Virus record (IMG/VR): IMGVR_UViG_3300020578_000043
Coordinates: 14,728-78,727 of that record
Origin: a virus
Length of the DNA stretch: 64,000 nucleotides
Direction: 5' to 3' (one strand)
Positions within the stretch are counted from its first letter, which is position 1. Each line of letters begins with the position of its first letter. The notes below the pieces were generated by a model. That model worked only from the letters and a program-made list of their open reading frames with translations, did not search any database and was not told the origin of the DNA. A program made the translations under genes and the position numbers. This document shows, in pieces, positions 1-9,620 of the stretch.

Positions 1-2896
1 TCATCACGACCTGGAACGCTTCGATACCTGCCTGCGCTTGGATGAGGCTCAATTGAAGCGTAGAGTCAGCAACGAACTTATTGCGAACCGCCGGCGTGTT
101 CTGCTCGAACACGATCCTGTTTGCTATGTTTATGATCAATCTCTTCACCTCGAGGAGGAGGCGTCGAACGTTGACTCTATCAAGAGCCGACTTCCTGATC
201 TGCAGAGTCTTTTGACCGTATATCACGAATCCAAGACGTGGGAACGTCGCGATCGGATTGATGCGTGCATCGTAGAGTCGATCTCTATCTGACACATTCA
301 ATCTGACCTCTACGTTGTTGACGAAGTCAAGAGCTGCGCGGTTGAAACCGGCCGGCGCAAACCATGGGTATGCATTCCTGTCGTTGAATCCTATCGCACC
401 CAGTGCTGCGACAGAAGCCGGTACCTTGACATAGCGGTTGTTGACGGCATCATTAATGTAGACGTTAGGGAAGTATGTCGCAACGTAGTTGTTGTCGAAT
501 GTCCTGTCCTCAAACGTCGATGCAGTGTTCTCTATGTTTATCTTGGCAGTCGAGTCATCATAGATGCGATTGTTGTTGTCATCATAGTTCGGAAGATCCA
601 TAACATACATTGAGAGGCCGTAATCACGAACCTTCTTTGATGTGTAGTTGGTAATGTAATCTTCACGAATTCCAGGAAGCGCCAACAGGTTGACGTTGAC
701 CTGCAATGCATCTGTCATCACGTCGACGGCAGTGATGTAAGAGTTGACTGAGTTGTTATCAACTCCAACACCGGCTTGATTGGTCGTCAGCCCAGGAGAG
801 ACGTATGTCGTTGATGCTGCGCCTAGAGGAGTCTCAAATGAGGTTGCCTTGTCATTCATTCTTGCGGCTGCTGAATCAAGGATGTTTAGACCGTCGAAAC
901 CTCCTTGCATGAATGACGTGAATTTAGCAAATGAAGAATACTTGTTGAATTCATAAGGCTGCCCGTTCGACAACAGAGATGCAAAGGTGATACGATTTCC
1001 TAGAACCGGATCATTGATCGTGTAGTTTGACGGATCGACATTCGCATTTCTGACGTATGCAGCTTCTCTCATGTGAGCTCTGATCGTTCCCGTCAGTGCT
1101 GATATCGCGGTCGCTGAGAATGCAACCTTGGACAATGAGAACTTGTTGTTGTTCAACACGTCAGCGCCAGATCCTGTGACGAGAACGTCAAGCTTCTTGA
1201 TGCCAGAGAACTTGGTGAAGCTCTCGAGCAAAGGATTCTTGACTTCTGTCAAGTTCGCATTTAGAGGTACATCATTTCTCTCAAACTTGACACCCCAATA
1301 GAACTGAGGTGATGCTGCCTCTTGAGGGCCGGGGCTTCCGTCCCAGCTTGTCGTTGAAGGAATCTCGCCCTTTGTGACCTTAAAACGGTAAGGAACAGGA
1401 GGAACGATGGATTGCGAAAGTATGCCTGACGATGGAACGTCAAACACACCTGCAAGCCTCTTTGCTCCTGTCACACCATCTGATAGAGAATCATTCGTCT
1501 TTATGACCTCGTGACCTCTGAATCCGAAAGGTAGAGATTTTGCAGGAACCTTCTTGTCCTCGACCGCAGTCGGTATGATGACCCTAACGAGCTTGGAAAC
1601 GTTGGCATATTTACCGCTTGTAATGACTCTACGTTCGCTGACAATGTCTTGATCAAAGTCGTACGTCACCTTGCGGTCGCCGATCAACTTACCGATGTAG
1701 TTGTCTGCATCAGGATTGAACGAACAGTTGACGAACTCCTCTAGAATCTGAGGGTTGATGTCTGTGTCATTCCAATCGCGGATCTGAACGTTGAACGTTC
1801 CGTATTCATCAGCTTCGTTCTCAGACACCTTAAGGTTTGCTATCGAAACCTTGTACAGGCTGTTGGCATATGCTCCATCATCAAGAGCCTCTAGGGCGAA
1901 AAGATCATACTCAGTCGTGCCGAAAGGCTGAGATATGAAGTGTGGAGTCTTCGGCGTGGTAAAGCGAGTGTCAAAACCTCCGAATGCATTTCTAAACACG
2001 GTTGAAGGCTCTCCAGATACGTTGCTGGTGTTTGTTGATCCCGACAGGACTGCGACGTAATCGTCATTGACGACAGTGGCAATCTCGTCATCAACGGCAA
2101 AATCTGCATACAACAAGTGTTGGTACTGAGCAAATTTCTCTGGATCCCTGTTAAGAACCTTACCGAAGTAATCATCGCTGCTGGGATTCATTGATGCAGT
2201 GTAGACCTTGACACCTGGAAGCTTGTCATCGAAAGCAAAGTTAGATCCCAACGTAGAGGATATGACTAGCTTAAACTTACCTAGTTTAACCAATGCAGCA
2301 TCATCGAGCGTCGTGGCACCGACAAATGCCGAAGGAACCAATTGATTACCATCAAGCACCATCATTCTAGCACCGGACGCCATCATGACGACACCACGGA
2401 CGAGATTCATATTGCTTGACTGCGAACGTGAATCATTGTCCGTAAAGATCGGCATGCCGTATGCCTCACTAGCTTGCAGGGTGTGATCTGCAACGAGGTA
2501 CTGCACTGATCCAACGTGACGGCCCAATGCATCATGGGACGCTACAGATCCTTCTATTTTGAATCCAGCGTTTCTAACTCGTCCTGTCGATACGGTCGTT
2601 GAGATGTCCGTTGTGCTCTTGTTTGCACCAGCTCCAAGAACTCTCATGAACGTCAACGCAGTACGATTCTTCAAGAACTCATTAACTGCATACGGACCAA
2701 ACTTCTTCGGATCTAGATCTCCAAAGATGCTTGTGAATTCATTAAAACTCGCGACGGCGACGGGAACGAAAGCAGGACCCTTATTCGATGTACCTATCAC
2801 TCCTGCAGGAACCCCAACGGGACCTGACGGTGGCGGGACCCTTAACTCAATCTCACGCTCAAAAAACCCAGGAGACCTAAAAACTTGCTCGGCCAT
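1..2896 (-). CDS. Tail sheath protein (T4 gp18-like), 3' end truncated by window edge
   Basis: Not in ORF track (no stop in window). ATG at 2896 after GAAGGAG RBS; reads MAEQVFRSPGFFEREIEL...GVIGTSNKGPAFVP..., the typical sheath N-terminus, and the same frame reads ...AQAGIEAFQVVM at the window edge. Confidence 0.9.
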   Translation of the reverse strand, partial: MAEQVFRSPGFFEREIELRVPPPSGPVGVPAGVIGTSNKGPAFVPVAVASFNEFTSIFGDLDPKKFGPYAVNEFLKNRTALTFMRVLGAGANKSTTDISTTVSTGRVRNAGFKIEGSVASHDALGRHVGSVQYLVADHTLQASEAYGMPIFTDNDSRSQSSNMNLVRGVVMMASGARMMVLDGNQLVPSAFVGATTLDDAALVKLGKFKLVISSTLGSNFAFDDKLPGVKVYTASMNPSSDDYFGKVLNRDPEKFAQYQHLLYADFAVDDEIATVVNDDYVAVLSGSTNTSNVSGEPSTVFRNAFGGFDTRFTTPKTPHFISQPFGTTEYDLFALEALDDGAYANSLYKVSIANLKVSENEADEYGTFNVQIRDWNDTDINPQILEEFVNCSFNPDADNYIGKLIGDRKVTYDFDQDIVSERRVITSGKYANVSKLVRVIIPTAVEDKKVPAKSLPFGFRGHEVIKTNDSLSDGVTGAKRLAGVFDVPSSGILSQSIVPPVPYRFKVTKGEIPSTTSWDGSPGPQEAASPQFYWGVKFERNDVPLNANLTEVKNPLLESFTKFSGIKKLDVLVTGSGADVLNNNKFSLSKVAFSATAISALTGTIRAHMREAAYVRNANVDPSNYTINDPVLGNRITFASLLSNGQPYEFNKYSSFAKFTSFMQGGFDGLNILDSAAARMNDKATSFETPLGAASTTYVSPGLTTNQAGVGVDNNSVNSYITAVDVMTDALQVNVNLLALPGIREDYITNYTSKKVRDYGLSMYVMDLPNYDDNNNRIYDDSTAKINIENTASTFEDRTFDNNYVATYFPNVYINDAVNNRYVKVPASVAALGAIGFNDRNAYPWFAPAGFNRAALDFVNNVEVRLNVSDRDRLYDARINPIATFPRLGFVIYGQKTLQIRKSALDRVNVRRLLLEVKRLIINIANRIVFEQNTPAVRNKFVADSTLQLSLIQAQAGIEAFQVVM

Positions 2897-2970
2897 TATC
2901 TTGCTCCTTCATGCAACAGACAAACTTTCCTTATAAGTATCTCAAGAAAACCAAAAAACATTTTTGAATA

Positions 2971-4320
2971 TCAAAAGTCTTTGGTCACGTGATAGGTAAG
3001 ACCACCGAGCAACTCATCAGGAGTTAACGGCGCCTGATTTGATTTATTGGACCCTGGTTGTGTCACTGAACCTGGTTTTACAATGGACTCTCCAGACGAC
3101 TTATTGACAGAGTATACTCTGACGTATCCAGTTTGAGATTTCCCGTCTAATCCGTTCGATGTTACTTTTAGGTATTGAGGAAGATTTTGCCGTTGTGTTC
3201 TGTTGGACAATGCAGGATCGATCATTACGTTTGGATCCTTCGGGTCATAGTTTCCGATTCCTGTCCTTCGTTGATCTGATCTCAGGTTTTTTTCTGCAGA
3301 AAGAGGTAACGTCGGATCGTCCGATCCAAGAAATGGATCATTGACGACGTTCGGTAGTTGATCTTGAACTGAATTTGATGACGTTCCTACGTCAAAGCTT
3401 ACAACAGGAGATGAAACGTATCTCTTGATCGGTATTCCTACACCAGGTTGCTGGGTCGCAAAGATGTACGCTTTAACATTGACGTTAAACTTATACTTGA
3501 TGATTCTCTCTTCTTGACCCATCTCATCATAATTTCCTTCAGGGTTGTAGGAGTTACCTTCGACCATGGCAAGGAACCAGTATCCCTTAGATGTGTTTAT
3601 TCTCCAAGAATTTCCTTGAGGTAAGAAAGAAGAGATCAACTGTTCGATCAACTGATTCATGTGTTGTGTGTACTGAGTCCACATGCTGACTTCATAGTCT
3701 ATCGTGCAGAACTGAGGCGCAGGTATGACTATCGTCTCATATATGTTGTTCTTCTTGATGTCTGCAAGCCAAGCTCCGTCCCTAAATGTGGGGTCTGTCT
3801 CATCCGCCCCGACCTCACGCTCAGTTAAGAGTTGGCCTTCGGCGTGGTCAGAATTAGGATCGACAGCAACGTTTTTCTGGTTCTTCAACAAGAACCTGTT
3901 GATCAGATTTTGATAACCCCTGTCGGACTTGTCTAACCTTCTGTGAATCACGATCTCATTTGTCTGCTGATTGATGCCACGACCGACTATGTCTGACGTG
4001 GCATCTTGAGTTATGTTCGTCCGCGCGATCGTTACCAGGGGAAGTATCAAAGAATTGTTTCGATCCCTCAAGGCTCGTTTTTTCTTCAACAATGCCCACT
4101 TTTCACCTGATGCGAAGATGACAGGAACCTTCTTGGGCTCTGCATTATTTCCTTCAACTTGCAACTTAATCTCATTTTCAAACAATTTAAATAGAGCAAC
4201 GTCGACATCCTCTATGCCTACTGGTGCGATAGACAGATCAGGTATACCTTGATGCGTGTCGGCATTAATCCCGATGACGCCGAAGGTAGACTGACTCTTT
4301 GAATTAAAACGTGTTGGCAT
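2971..4320 (-). CDS. Tail completion / sheath stabilizer protein (T4 gp15-like)
   Basis: IEDVDVALFK...KVPVIFASGEKW...LILPLVTIAR motifs; position between neck genes and sheath; ATG at 4320 preferred over 4326. Confidence 0.65.
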   Translation of the reverse strand: MPTRFNSKSQSTFGVIGINADTHQGIPDLSIAPVGIEDVDVALFKLFENEIKLQVEGNNAEPKKVPVIFASGEKWALLKKKRALRDRNNSLILPLVTIARTNITQDATSDIVGRGINQQTNEIVIHRRLDKSDRGYQNLINRFLLKNQKNVAVDPNSDHAEGQLLTEREVGADETDPTFRDGAWLADIKKNNIYETIVIPAPQFCTIDYEVSMWTQYTQHMNQLIEQLISSFLPQGNSWRINTSKGYWFLAMVEGNSYNPEGNYDEMGQEERIIKYKFNVNVKAYIFATQQPGVGIPIKRYVSSPVVSFDVGTSSNSVQDQLPNVVNDPFLGSDDPTLPLSAEKNLRSDQRRTGIGNYDPKDPNVMIDPALSNRTQRQNLPQYLKVTSNGLDGKSQTGYVRVYSVNKSSGESIVKPGSVTQPGSNKSNQAPLTPDELLGGLTYHVTKDF

Positions 4321-4322
4321 AA

Positions 4323-4988
4323 TCACTCATCATAGAAAGAACTTCCAGTTCCTGTAGAATCTCCCAATCCAGAAACCTCCCTAGGTCCTGACAACGGAGG
4401 ATCAAGGACACCGTTCTTGACCAAGTCTCTAACGTCTGCAGTTGGGCCATCCTTGTTCTCAGCGACTCCTCTTTGTTGCACAAATGTCTCTTGAACGGCA
4501 TCTGGATCTGCGTACTTGATATCCGTCGGTCCATTTGTGATGGCCTTAAACTGGCTCTCACGTACTCTAGTTCCCATCAATGAAACTCCATCGATGTTCT
4601 CTGCCTGGCCATAAATCGTGCGCATGTACTTGTATTCTGTGATCTCGTAGAAGATCGATCCGAATGAGAAGTAATCGCCTATCGACGGATTCAACCCCTT
4701 CTCGACCATATCTCTGTGTTGTATGTAAACTTCCAACGTAAATTGAGAATCAATACCAAACTTCGTTATCTTCGTCTCGTTCTGAAACTGTGCGTTTACA
4801 AGAGCCTCTACGACGATCGGATTGTCAAACACTTTCTGTAGAGCCTCGTCATAGACCTCATGAGACTGAGTCTTCGTCTCTGAGATGGGATAGTAATAGA
4901 TCTTTTGACCGATGACGTCCTTGACGATCTCTTTTGTGAGATCTGAAATGAAGTTGATCTCTCTGGGTGTGATGAATAATCTTGCCAT
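4323..4988 (-). CDS. Neck / head-closure protein (T4 gp14-like)
   Basis: GQKIYYYPI...YDEA...KFGID...GDYF pattern; synteny with gp13-like gene. Confidence 0.7.
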   Translation of the reverse strand: MARLFITPREINFISDLTKEIVKDVIGQKIYYYPISETKTQSHEVYDEALQKVFDNPIVVEALVNAQFQNETKITKFGIDSQFTLEVYIQHRDMVEKGLNPSIGDYFSFGSIFYEITEYKYMRTIYGQAENIDGVSLMGTRVRESQFKAITNGPTDIKYADPDAVQETFVQQRGVAENKDGPTADVRDLVKNGVLDPPLSGPREVSGLGDSTGTGSSFYDE

Positions 4989-4994
4989 GGCCTA

Positions 4995-6182
4995 TCAACC
5001 TATCACGATTCCCTTGCCTAGAGGCATGGGTATGTATCTCAACTGTTTCTGCATGTTTTCTGCTGCAAGAGCGTCAGCTTCCAATAGCTTCTGATGGGTC
5101 AGGTTAGCCAAGAACTCTTTCATTTGAGTCGTCAACTTTTCTTTATCTTCACGAGACTGGGTCAACAAGTCAGAGCCGTTTAGTTGTAGATCTGCATTTG
5201 GAATAGGAATCGTTTGAAATTTTGATCGTATGAGTCCTAATAGCTCTTTGCATAGAGCCAGGGTGTACTGACGAATCCATTGTTTTCCAGGTTGATTTAT
5301 TGTGGTGAAGGGAATGTTGCCAAAGGGTATGTTGCTTGGTCCTGATATTCCGTATATCGTGTCATCTTCATATGATGTTGGATTCAAGGGATCATGAGGT
5401 TCCATCACCTTTACGAACATCTTACCCATCTGAAGATCTGATGAAGGTATGGGATAAATCCTTAGATTGCTTCCTATGACATCATAACTGTATTGAGATC
5501 TTCTGACTCTGAACGCAGTCTCAAGCATTCCTCTTCGCAGAACGTCTTCAAACACAGGCAACACATAAAACACAGTTGAGTTAACGTATGATTCATAGTT
5601 AAAGTTTGTGGCAAGAAAATTTGTGATGTTCGATGCATTGAGAAGGAACTGCTGCGCTGCAAGAGGCTCAAAGTGAAATATCTCGACTATCTTTAATTTT
5701 CCTTTTCTTCCAGCTGGCAACGTACTGTAGATAGAGCTACCTGACAGGCTTCCAGAAGCGACCTTAAGATCTTCATACAGGTTATAATCCTGTTTATCCT
5801 TGATCAGGTCGATGTAACCTAACGTGGCGTCAAAAGATCCTCCTACATATGCTTCCGTCGCATATGGCTCTGCCATTCTTAGCAGGTATTCTACTGTTCT
5901 CTTGGCATATCTGTTCGTTAGGTCATTCGAACCTGTAGGAAGACCCATGACGTTCGTCAGATCTGACGTTATCTTCATTTCATGTATCAAACGTGAATAT
6001 TCACAACATGCTTCTTCGAAACATGCCCAAATCTCTTTCTTTGTCAACTCTACTGACAGGACATCGTCACCTAGCTTTCGTTTGACGAACGTCACCATAC
6101 CATCGGCTTCAGTCTGAAAAGCTGAATCAGAATCAAAGAAACCGAACGGCGTGGGGCTTATTGTTGAGGCGAATGTTGTCAT
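4995..6182 (-). CDS. Neck / head-tail adaptor protein (T4 gp13-like)
   Basis: KRKLGDDVLSVELT...WIRQYTLALCKELLGLIRSKF..IP....LNG motifs characteristic of gp13. Confidence 0.8.
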   Translation of the reverse strand: MTTFASTISPTPFGFFDSDSAFQTEADGMVTFVKRKLGDDVLSVELTKKEIWACFEEACCEYSRLIHEMKITSDLTNVMGLPTGSNDLTNRYAKRTVEYLLRMAEPYATEAYVGGSFDATLGYIDLIKDKQDYNLYEDLKVASGSLSGSSIYSTLPAGRKGKLKIVEIFHFEPLAAQQFLLNASNITNFLATNFNYESYVNSTVFYVLPVFEDVLRRGMLETAFRVRRSQYSYDVIGSNLRIYPIPSSDLQMGKMFVKVMEPHDPLNPTSYEDDTIYGISGPSNIPFGNIPFTTINQPGKQWIRQYTLALCKELLGLIRSKFQTIPIPNADLQLNGSDLLTQSREDKEKLTTQMKEFLANLTHQKLLEADALAAENMQKQLRYIPMPLGKGIVIG

Positions 6183-6265
6183 ATACGTACGTCACCTAAC
6201 ACTCAAATTCTTAGATAAAAATATGGATGAGCGGCAAAAAAAAATCTTACTAAATAGAATCGTAG

Positions 6266-6595
6266 TCAAACTACTCTAGAGTACGTGACACTTATCTTGT
6301 CGCCTGTCTTTGGAGCCGTGTTAAAAATCAACAGCCTGTCAGACAACGAATAATCAACCCCAGATGATATTTGCAGGACATCATTTAAGAACACCAACGT
6401 CTTATCAGGATTCGGTTGGTATGAGATGACAAAAGTGCTGTTGTTTCCATCTACCTCACCTGTGGGAGTTTCATTCCACACCATCACATCGTACGAATCA
6501 TACGAGTTGTTGTCAACGACTTGCTGGACTGGACGAGGTCTGTAGTAGGAATAGACCTTCCTAGATCTAGATGCATCTCTTCTTGTGATCGACAT
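6266..6595 (-). CDS. Small virion-structural-type protein (single beta-rich tail-fibre-type repeat)
   Basis: DGNNSTF...VFLNDVLQ...DYSL...FNTAPKTGDKI resembles the repeat unit found in phage tail/baseplate proteins; ATAGTTA motif upstream. Confidence 0.45.
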   Translation of the reverse strand: MSITRRDASRSRKVYSYYRPRPVQQVVDNNSYDSYDVMVWNETPTGEVDGNNSTFVISYQPNPDKTLVFLNDVLQISSGVDYSLSDRLLIFNTAPKTGDKISVTYSRVV

Positions 6596-6636
6596 ATCAA
6601 TGATTAACTATTGACATGACAAAGACGTTCGACTGA

Positions 6637-7425
6637 TCAAAGCATCTTATAGGCTTCAAAATGCATTCCATCAGGTCTATTTGGAAACCATCCGCCCCAA
6701 TAGAATCCATGGTCATAAGCTATGCCGACCAATTCTCTCACTGAGCCAGTGGCTCCCCGTAAAGCAGGTTGAACGCCGAGTTGATTCCATTGAACGTTGA
6801 TGTCAAACGCCGTTCCCCAGGCATGGTTTGATAAAGCTGTCCTTGACCCTCGAATGAATCTAGGAGCCCATGTTCCTCCCCATGTCATGATCAAGTATGT
6901 CAATCCTGCAGAGTGCCATGCGTCAAATAGATCAAGGAACTGTTTGGACAGCGCTGAATGAATCGTCACGTTGCCTGATTTTGAGAATCCAGGAATGCTC
7001 GTCAAACGTGGGATGTTGACTGTCGTGATGTTCTTCTTTGCCCAATCGCCGATGATCGATATTCCTTCTGGGTTCGACGTCGTCGGGGCAGGCGTGAAAG
7101 AGAACTTTCCAAACATCTTCTCTCTATCAATCGGATTTAGAGATCCATGATTTGGAGGCTGAGGCCAGTTAGGTCCATTTATGTCCGCCGTTGGATCATC
7201 CATCAAGGGAAAGCCACACTGAAGAGCAGCAGAGATCGTTTTTGAACCGACAACGCCATCAGGGGTGAGACCTTTCCTGTTTTGAAAGTACTTGGTCTCT
7301 GTTTCAGTAAATGCATCAAAATCGCCATTGACGATGATGTGGCTGTCTGCAACCAAACCCCTAAGGAAATTTTGCCACTTTTCGACCTGAAGGCCTGTCG
7401 AACCCCTGCGTAAGATCTGCATCAT
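6637..7425 (-). CDS. Endolysin: N-terminal peptidoglycan-binding domain plus M15 family (L-Ala-D-Glu / D,D-carboxypeptidase-like) Zn peptidase
   Basis: LRRGSTG..V..WQ...GDF...T...FQ...GLTPDGVVG (PG_binding_1); SNHAWGTAFDIN and WGGWF..PDGMHFE zinc-peptidase motifs. Confidence 0.85.
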   Translation of the reverse strand: MMQILRRGSTGLQVEKWQNFLRGLVADSHIIVNGDFDAFTETETKYFQNRKGLTPDGVVGSKTISAALQCGFPLMDDPTADINGPNWPQPPNHGSLNPIDREKMFGKFSFTPAPTTSNPEGISIIGDWAKKNITTVNIPRLTSIPGFSKSGNVTIHSALSKQFLDLFDAWHSAGLTYLIMTWGGTWAPRFIRGSRTALSNHAWGTAFDINVQWNQLGVQPALRGATGSVRELVGIAYDHGFYWGGWFPNRPDGMHFEAYKML

Positions 7426-7433
7426 GTGCTACC

Positions 7434-7655
7434 TCAGAATGTCGACAATGCCCTGATCGCAATCTTCACTCGTTCTCGAAGCTCTTCGGGTAGAGCAGAC
7501 AACAAGACATATGTCTCAGGACGAACTGCGCTCTCTACCAAGCCACCAACGGTCTCTTGATTGCTGCGAGACACCCCAACGTTGATCGCAAGAGGAGGAG
7601 CTCCGACTCTAACATGAAGCATCGGTTGATATAGATCTACTTTTTGCATGTTCAT
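7434..7655 (-). CDS. Hypothetical protein
   Basis: 73-aa ORF, ATGA overlap with upstream ORF, 8 nt from endolysin. Confidence 0.55.
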   Translation of the reverse strand: MNMQKVDLYQPMLHVRVGAPPLAINVGVSRSNQETVGGLVESAVRPETYVLLSALPEELRERVKIAIRALSTF

Positions 7656-7831
7656 CCCTTTAAGACGCCTTGAGGTTTATTTAGAGCTTCATTCAATGTC
7701 GCAAACTGTGTCTTCAATGACAACAATACTTCTTCTAGTTGAAACGTGTTCTCTCCCCTAGAACGAGCATCATTGATCCTACCTTCAAGATCGACTATCT
7801 GTAATAACAGGTTTTCTGTTGCGGCTGACAT
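7652..7831 (-). CDS. Hypothetical 59-aa coiled-coil protein (below track cutoff)
   Basis: MSAATENLLLQIVDLEGRINDARSRGENTFQLEEVLLSLKTQFATLNEALNKPQGVLKG*; stop overlaps next start (ATGA). Confidence 0.55.
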   Translation of the reverse strand: MSAATENLLLQIVDLEGRINDARSRGENTFQLEEVLLSLKTQFATLNEALNKPQGVLKG

Positions 7832-7885
7832 GTTCGAATATTATTCTAATGTGGAATAAAATAAACTTCACCCTGACGGGGGAGC

Positions 7886-8284
7886 TTATTGTTTTGCAAA
7901 ATCTGATGCTTGTGTTTTTAAATCAGCCAAAATTGTTGTTAGCGTAGTAGGCACAATTTCACCAGTCAGAATTTTTACAGCAAAACGAGCTAATGCCCCT
8001 TGATCTGTCGTGCTTAATGCTTGTTGTATTGCTGCTTTGTCAGCACCTGATTCTAGCCCCTTAACGTCTTTTAGTGCTGAAGCAAGTTGAGATGCAAGCT
8101 GATCATCTTTTAAAGCCGGTTTAAGCTTAGTTAAGATTTTATCTAACATTTGATCTCGTTTTTTATCCGCTTGAGAATCTTGTCCCATCCCAGGAAGAGA
8201 CAATTGTTCTCCTGCTTCTGTCAATCTCTTGACTTGCGAATAGACCAACTTACGTAATTGAGCCTCAGTGATACGATGCTTCAT
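7886..8284 (-). CDS. Putative internal head protein
   Basis: N-terminal MKHRITEAQLRKLV...LTE motif; GGAG RBS; GTATTTA motif upstream. Confidence 0.5.
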   Translation of the reverse strand: MKHRITEAQLRKLVYSQVKRLTEAGEQLSLPGMGQDSQADKKRDQMLDKILTKLKPALKDDQLASQLASALKDVKGLESGADKAAIQQALSTTDQGALARFAVKILTGEIVPTTLTTILADLKTQASDFAKQ

Positions 8285-8334
8285 GATTAATCTCCGAAAT
8301 GTCTACACATAAATACACGGAAAAATAAAAAACA

Positions 8335-8372
8335 TAAAAACAAAAGGCCCTGGAGATAAATCCAGAGCCTTT
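8335..8372 (-). terminator. Rho-independent terminator
   Basis: AAAGGCTCTGGA-TTTATC-TCCAGGGCCTTTT hairpin followed by T-rich tail on the minus strand. Confidence 0.7.
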
Positions 8373-8393
8373 GTGATCAATGGGTCTGTGACA

Positions 8394-8837
8394 TCATAGA
8401 CCGCTAATGACGCATGATCCGGATGCTGCCATCACCAAAAAGCTCTTTCCGTCGCTGACAAGAGCCACAGAGGAACCTTCTGCCGAAGCCAGTGCGATCT
8501 TGCTTCCCTGTTCGTCAGGTGTCGCACCGGCTTGACCTGCGAACACCTTAACACCGGCTGTCTCTAGAGACCCTGTCAAAGCATGAGCATGGGCAGATGT
8601 CGAACGAAAGACGAAGACGCCTCCAGGAACCGATTCTGCAGTAGGCATCACCATTGTGATCGCGGCTACTGAAGACGAAAGAGTATAAACTCCAGGCGAT
8701 CCGATCGTCTCAGCCGCAGACTTTGCAACGACTGACGTCGTCGGCAACGAAGATAAAGAAAGCGAAGTGCTGACTTCAAATCCGGAACCTGCCTGTTGAA
8801 CCAAACCTTGTGAATCATTAACAACAACTTTAGGCAT
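8394..8837 (-). CDS. Putative virion structural/decoration protein
   Basis: 147 aa, Ser/Ala/Gly-rich beta-type; strong RBS (GGGGAG), ATAATTA motif upstream and its own terminator. Confidence 0.5.
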   Translation of the reverse strand: MPKVVVNDSQGLVQQAGSGFEVSTSLSLSSLPTTSVVAKSAAETIGSPGVYTLSSSVAAITMVMPTAESVPGGVFVFRSTSAHAHALTGSLETAGVKVFAGQAGATPDEQGSKIALASAEGSSVALVSDGKSFLVMAASGSCVISGL

Positions 8838-8917
8838 CTTGCAATCTCCCCTGATACACCTTAATTATTCAGGGATCAGCTATTTTTTTAATCTTAAAAG
8901 ATTTTTAAGAAAATCGA

Positions 8918-9133
8918 TCACAGCATTGATGCAACTTTAATCATCTCTTCAATGTCGTTGATAGATTTTTTTAATTTTTCTTCAATGGGCAAAATGGCGA
9001 ACGGTATGACACCCCTTCCGTCAACGCCGTTCTTCTTCCATGTAGAGACAGTGACCAGCAGACTCTCAAGGTCTTTTTTTGCCTTGAGAAGTGAAGCTAT
9101 GACGACATGAGACTTGCTGACTATCTTTGCCAC
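8918..9133 (-). CDS. Hypothetical protein
   Basis: 71-aa ORF filling the intergenic gap, GTG start. Confidence 0.45.
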   Translation of the reverse strand: MAKIVSKSHVVIASLLKAKKDLESLLVTVSTWKKNGVDGRGVIPFAILPIEEKLKKSINDIEEMIKVASML

Positions 9134-9171
9134 TGTTTCATTGCATAGGTATGCAAGCCATTATATAAAAC

Positions 9172-9206
9172 AAAAAAGAAAAGGAGATCGTATGATCTCC
9201 TTTTCA
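9172..9206 (-). terminator. Rho-independent terminator
   Basis: GAAAAGGAGATC-loop-GATCTCCTTTTC inverted repeat followed by T-run on the minus strand. Confidence 0.75.
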
Positions 9207-9230
9207 AGGAAGACTAAGTAAGTCTTGTGT

Positions 9231-9497
9231 TCAACGACGCGGCTTGCCAGTGAATTCGTAATGATTGCGAAGCAGGCGATACAACGTTCGTGCCTCGCGG
9301 CCTGTGAACTCAACCGTCTGTTGCTCAAGATCGATAAAGAATCGAGTTGAGTCGTTACGAGAATCTGTCGTCACTGCAGCATTGAAACCATCATCACGAC
9401 GAGCAGTCTCGGTTCGAAGCTTGCCAGTGCGATCAACACGGCTACGGATGATTGCATTCTTGTTCGTTGAAGTGTAGTTTTTCTTATTCCTTGGCAT
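9231..9497 (-). CDS. Small basic hypothetical protein (possible nucleic-acid binder)
   Basis: 88 aa Arg-rich; GGAGAG RBS; flanked by its own terminator. Confidence 0.6.
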   Translation of the reverse strand: MPRNKKNYTSTNKNAIIRSRVDRTGKLRTETARRDDGFNAAVTTDSRNDSTRFFIDLEQQTVEFTGREARTLYRLLRNHYEFTGKPRR

Positions 9498-9620
9498 ATA
9501 GTCTCTCCAATTTTTGGTTTTTTACGATCGGCTCATTTGATGCTTGCCGAATGATAGAAGGATACTTTTACTGCATCAACATGTACACGATGAGAAATTT
9601 GCCTTAAATCGTGAAAGAGA

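Noticed and set aside
38-2936. Short track ORFs suggesting a gene-poor region at the left end
   Set aside because: They are shadows of the tail sheath gene, which the track missed because its stop lies outside the window
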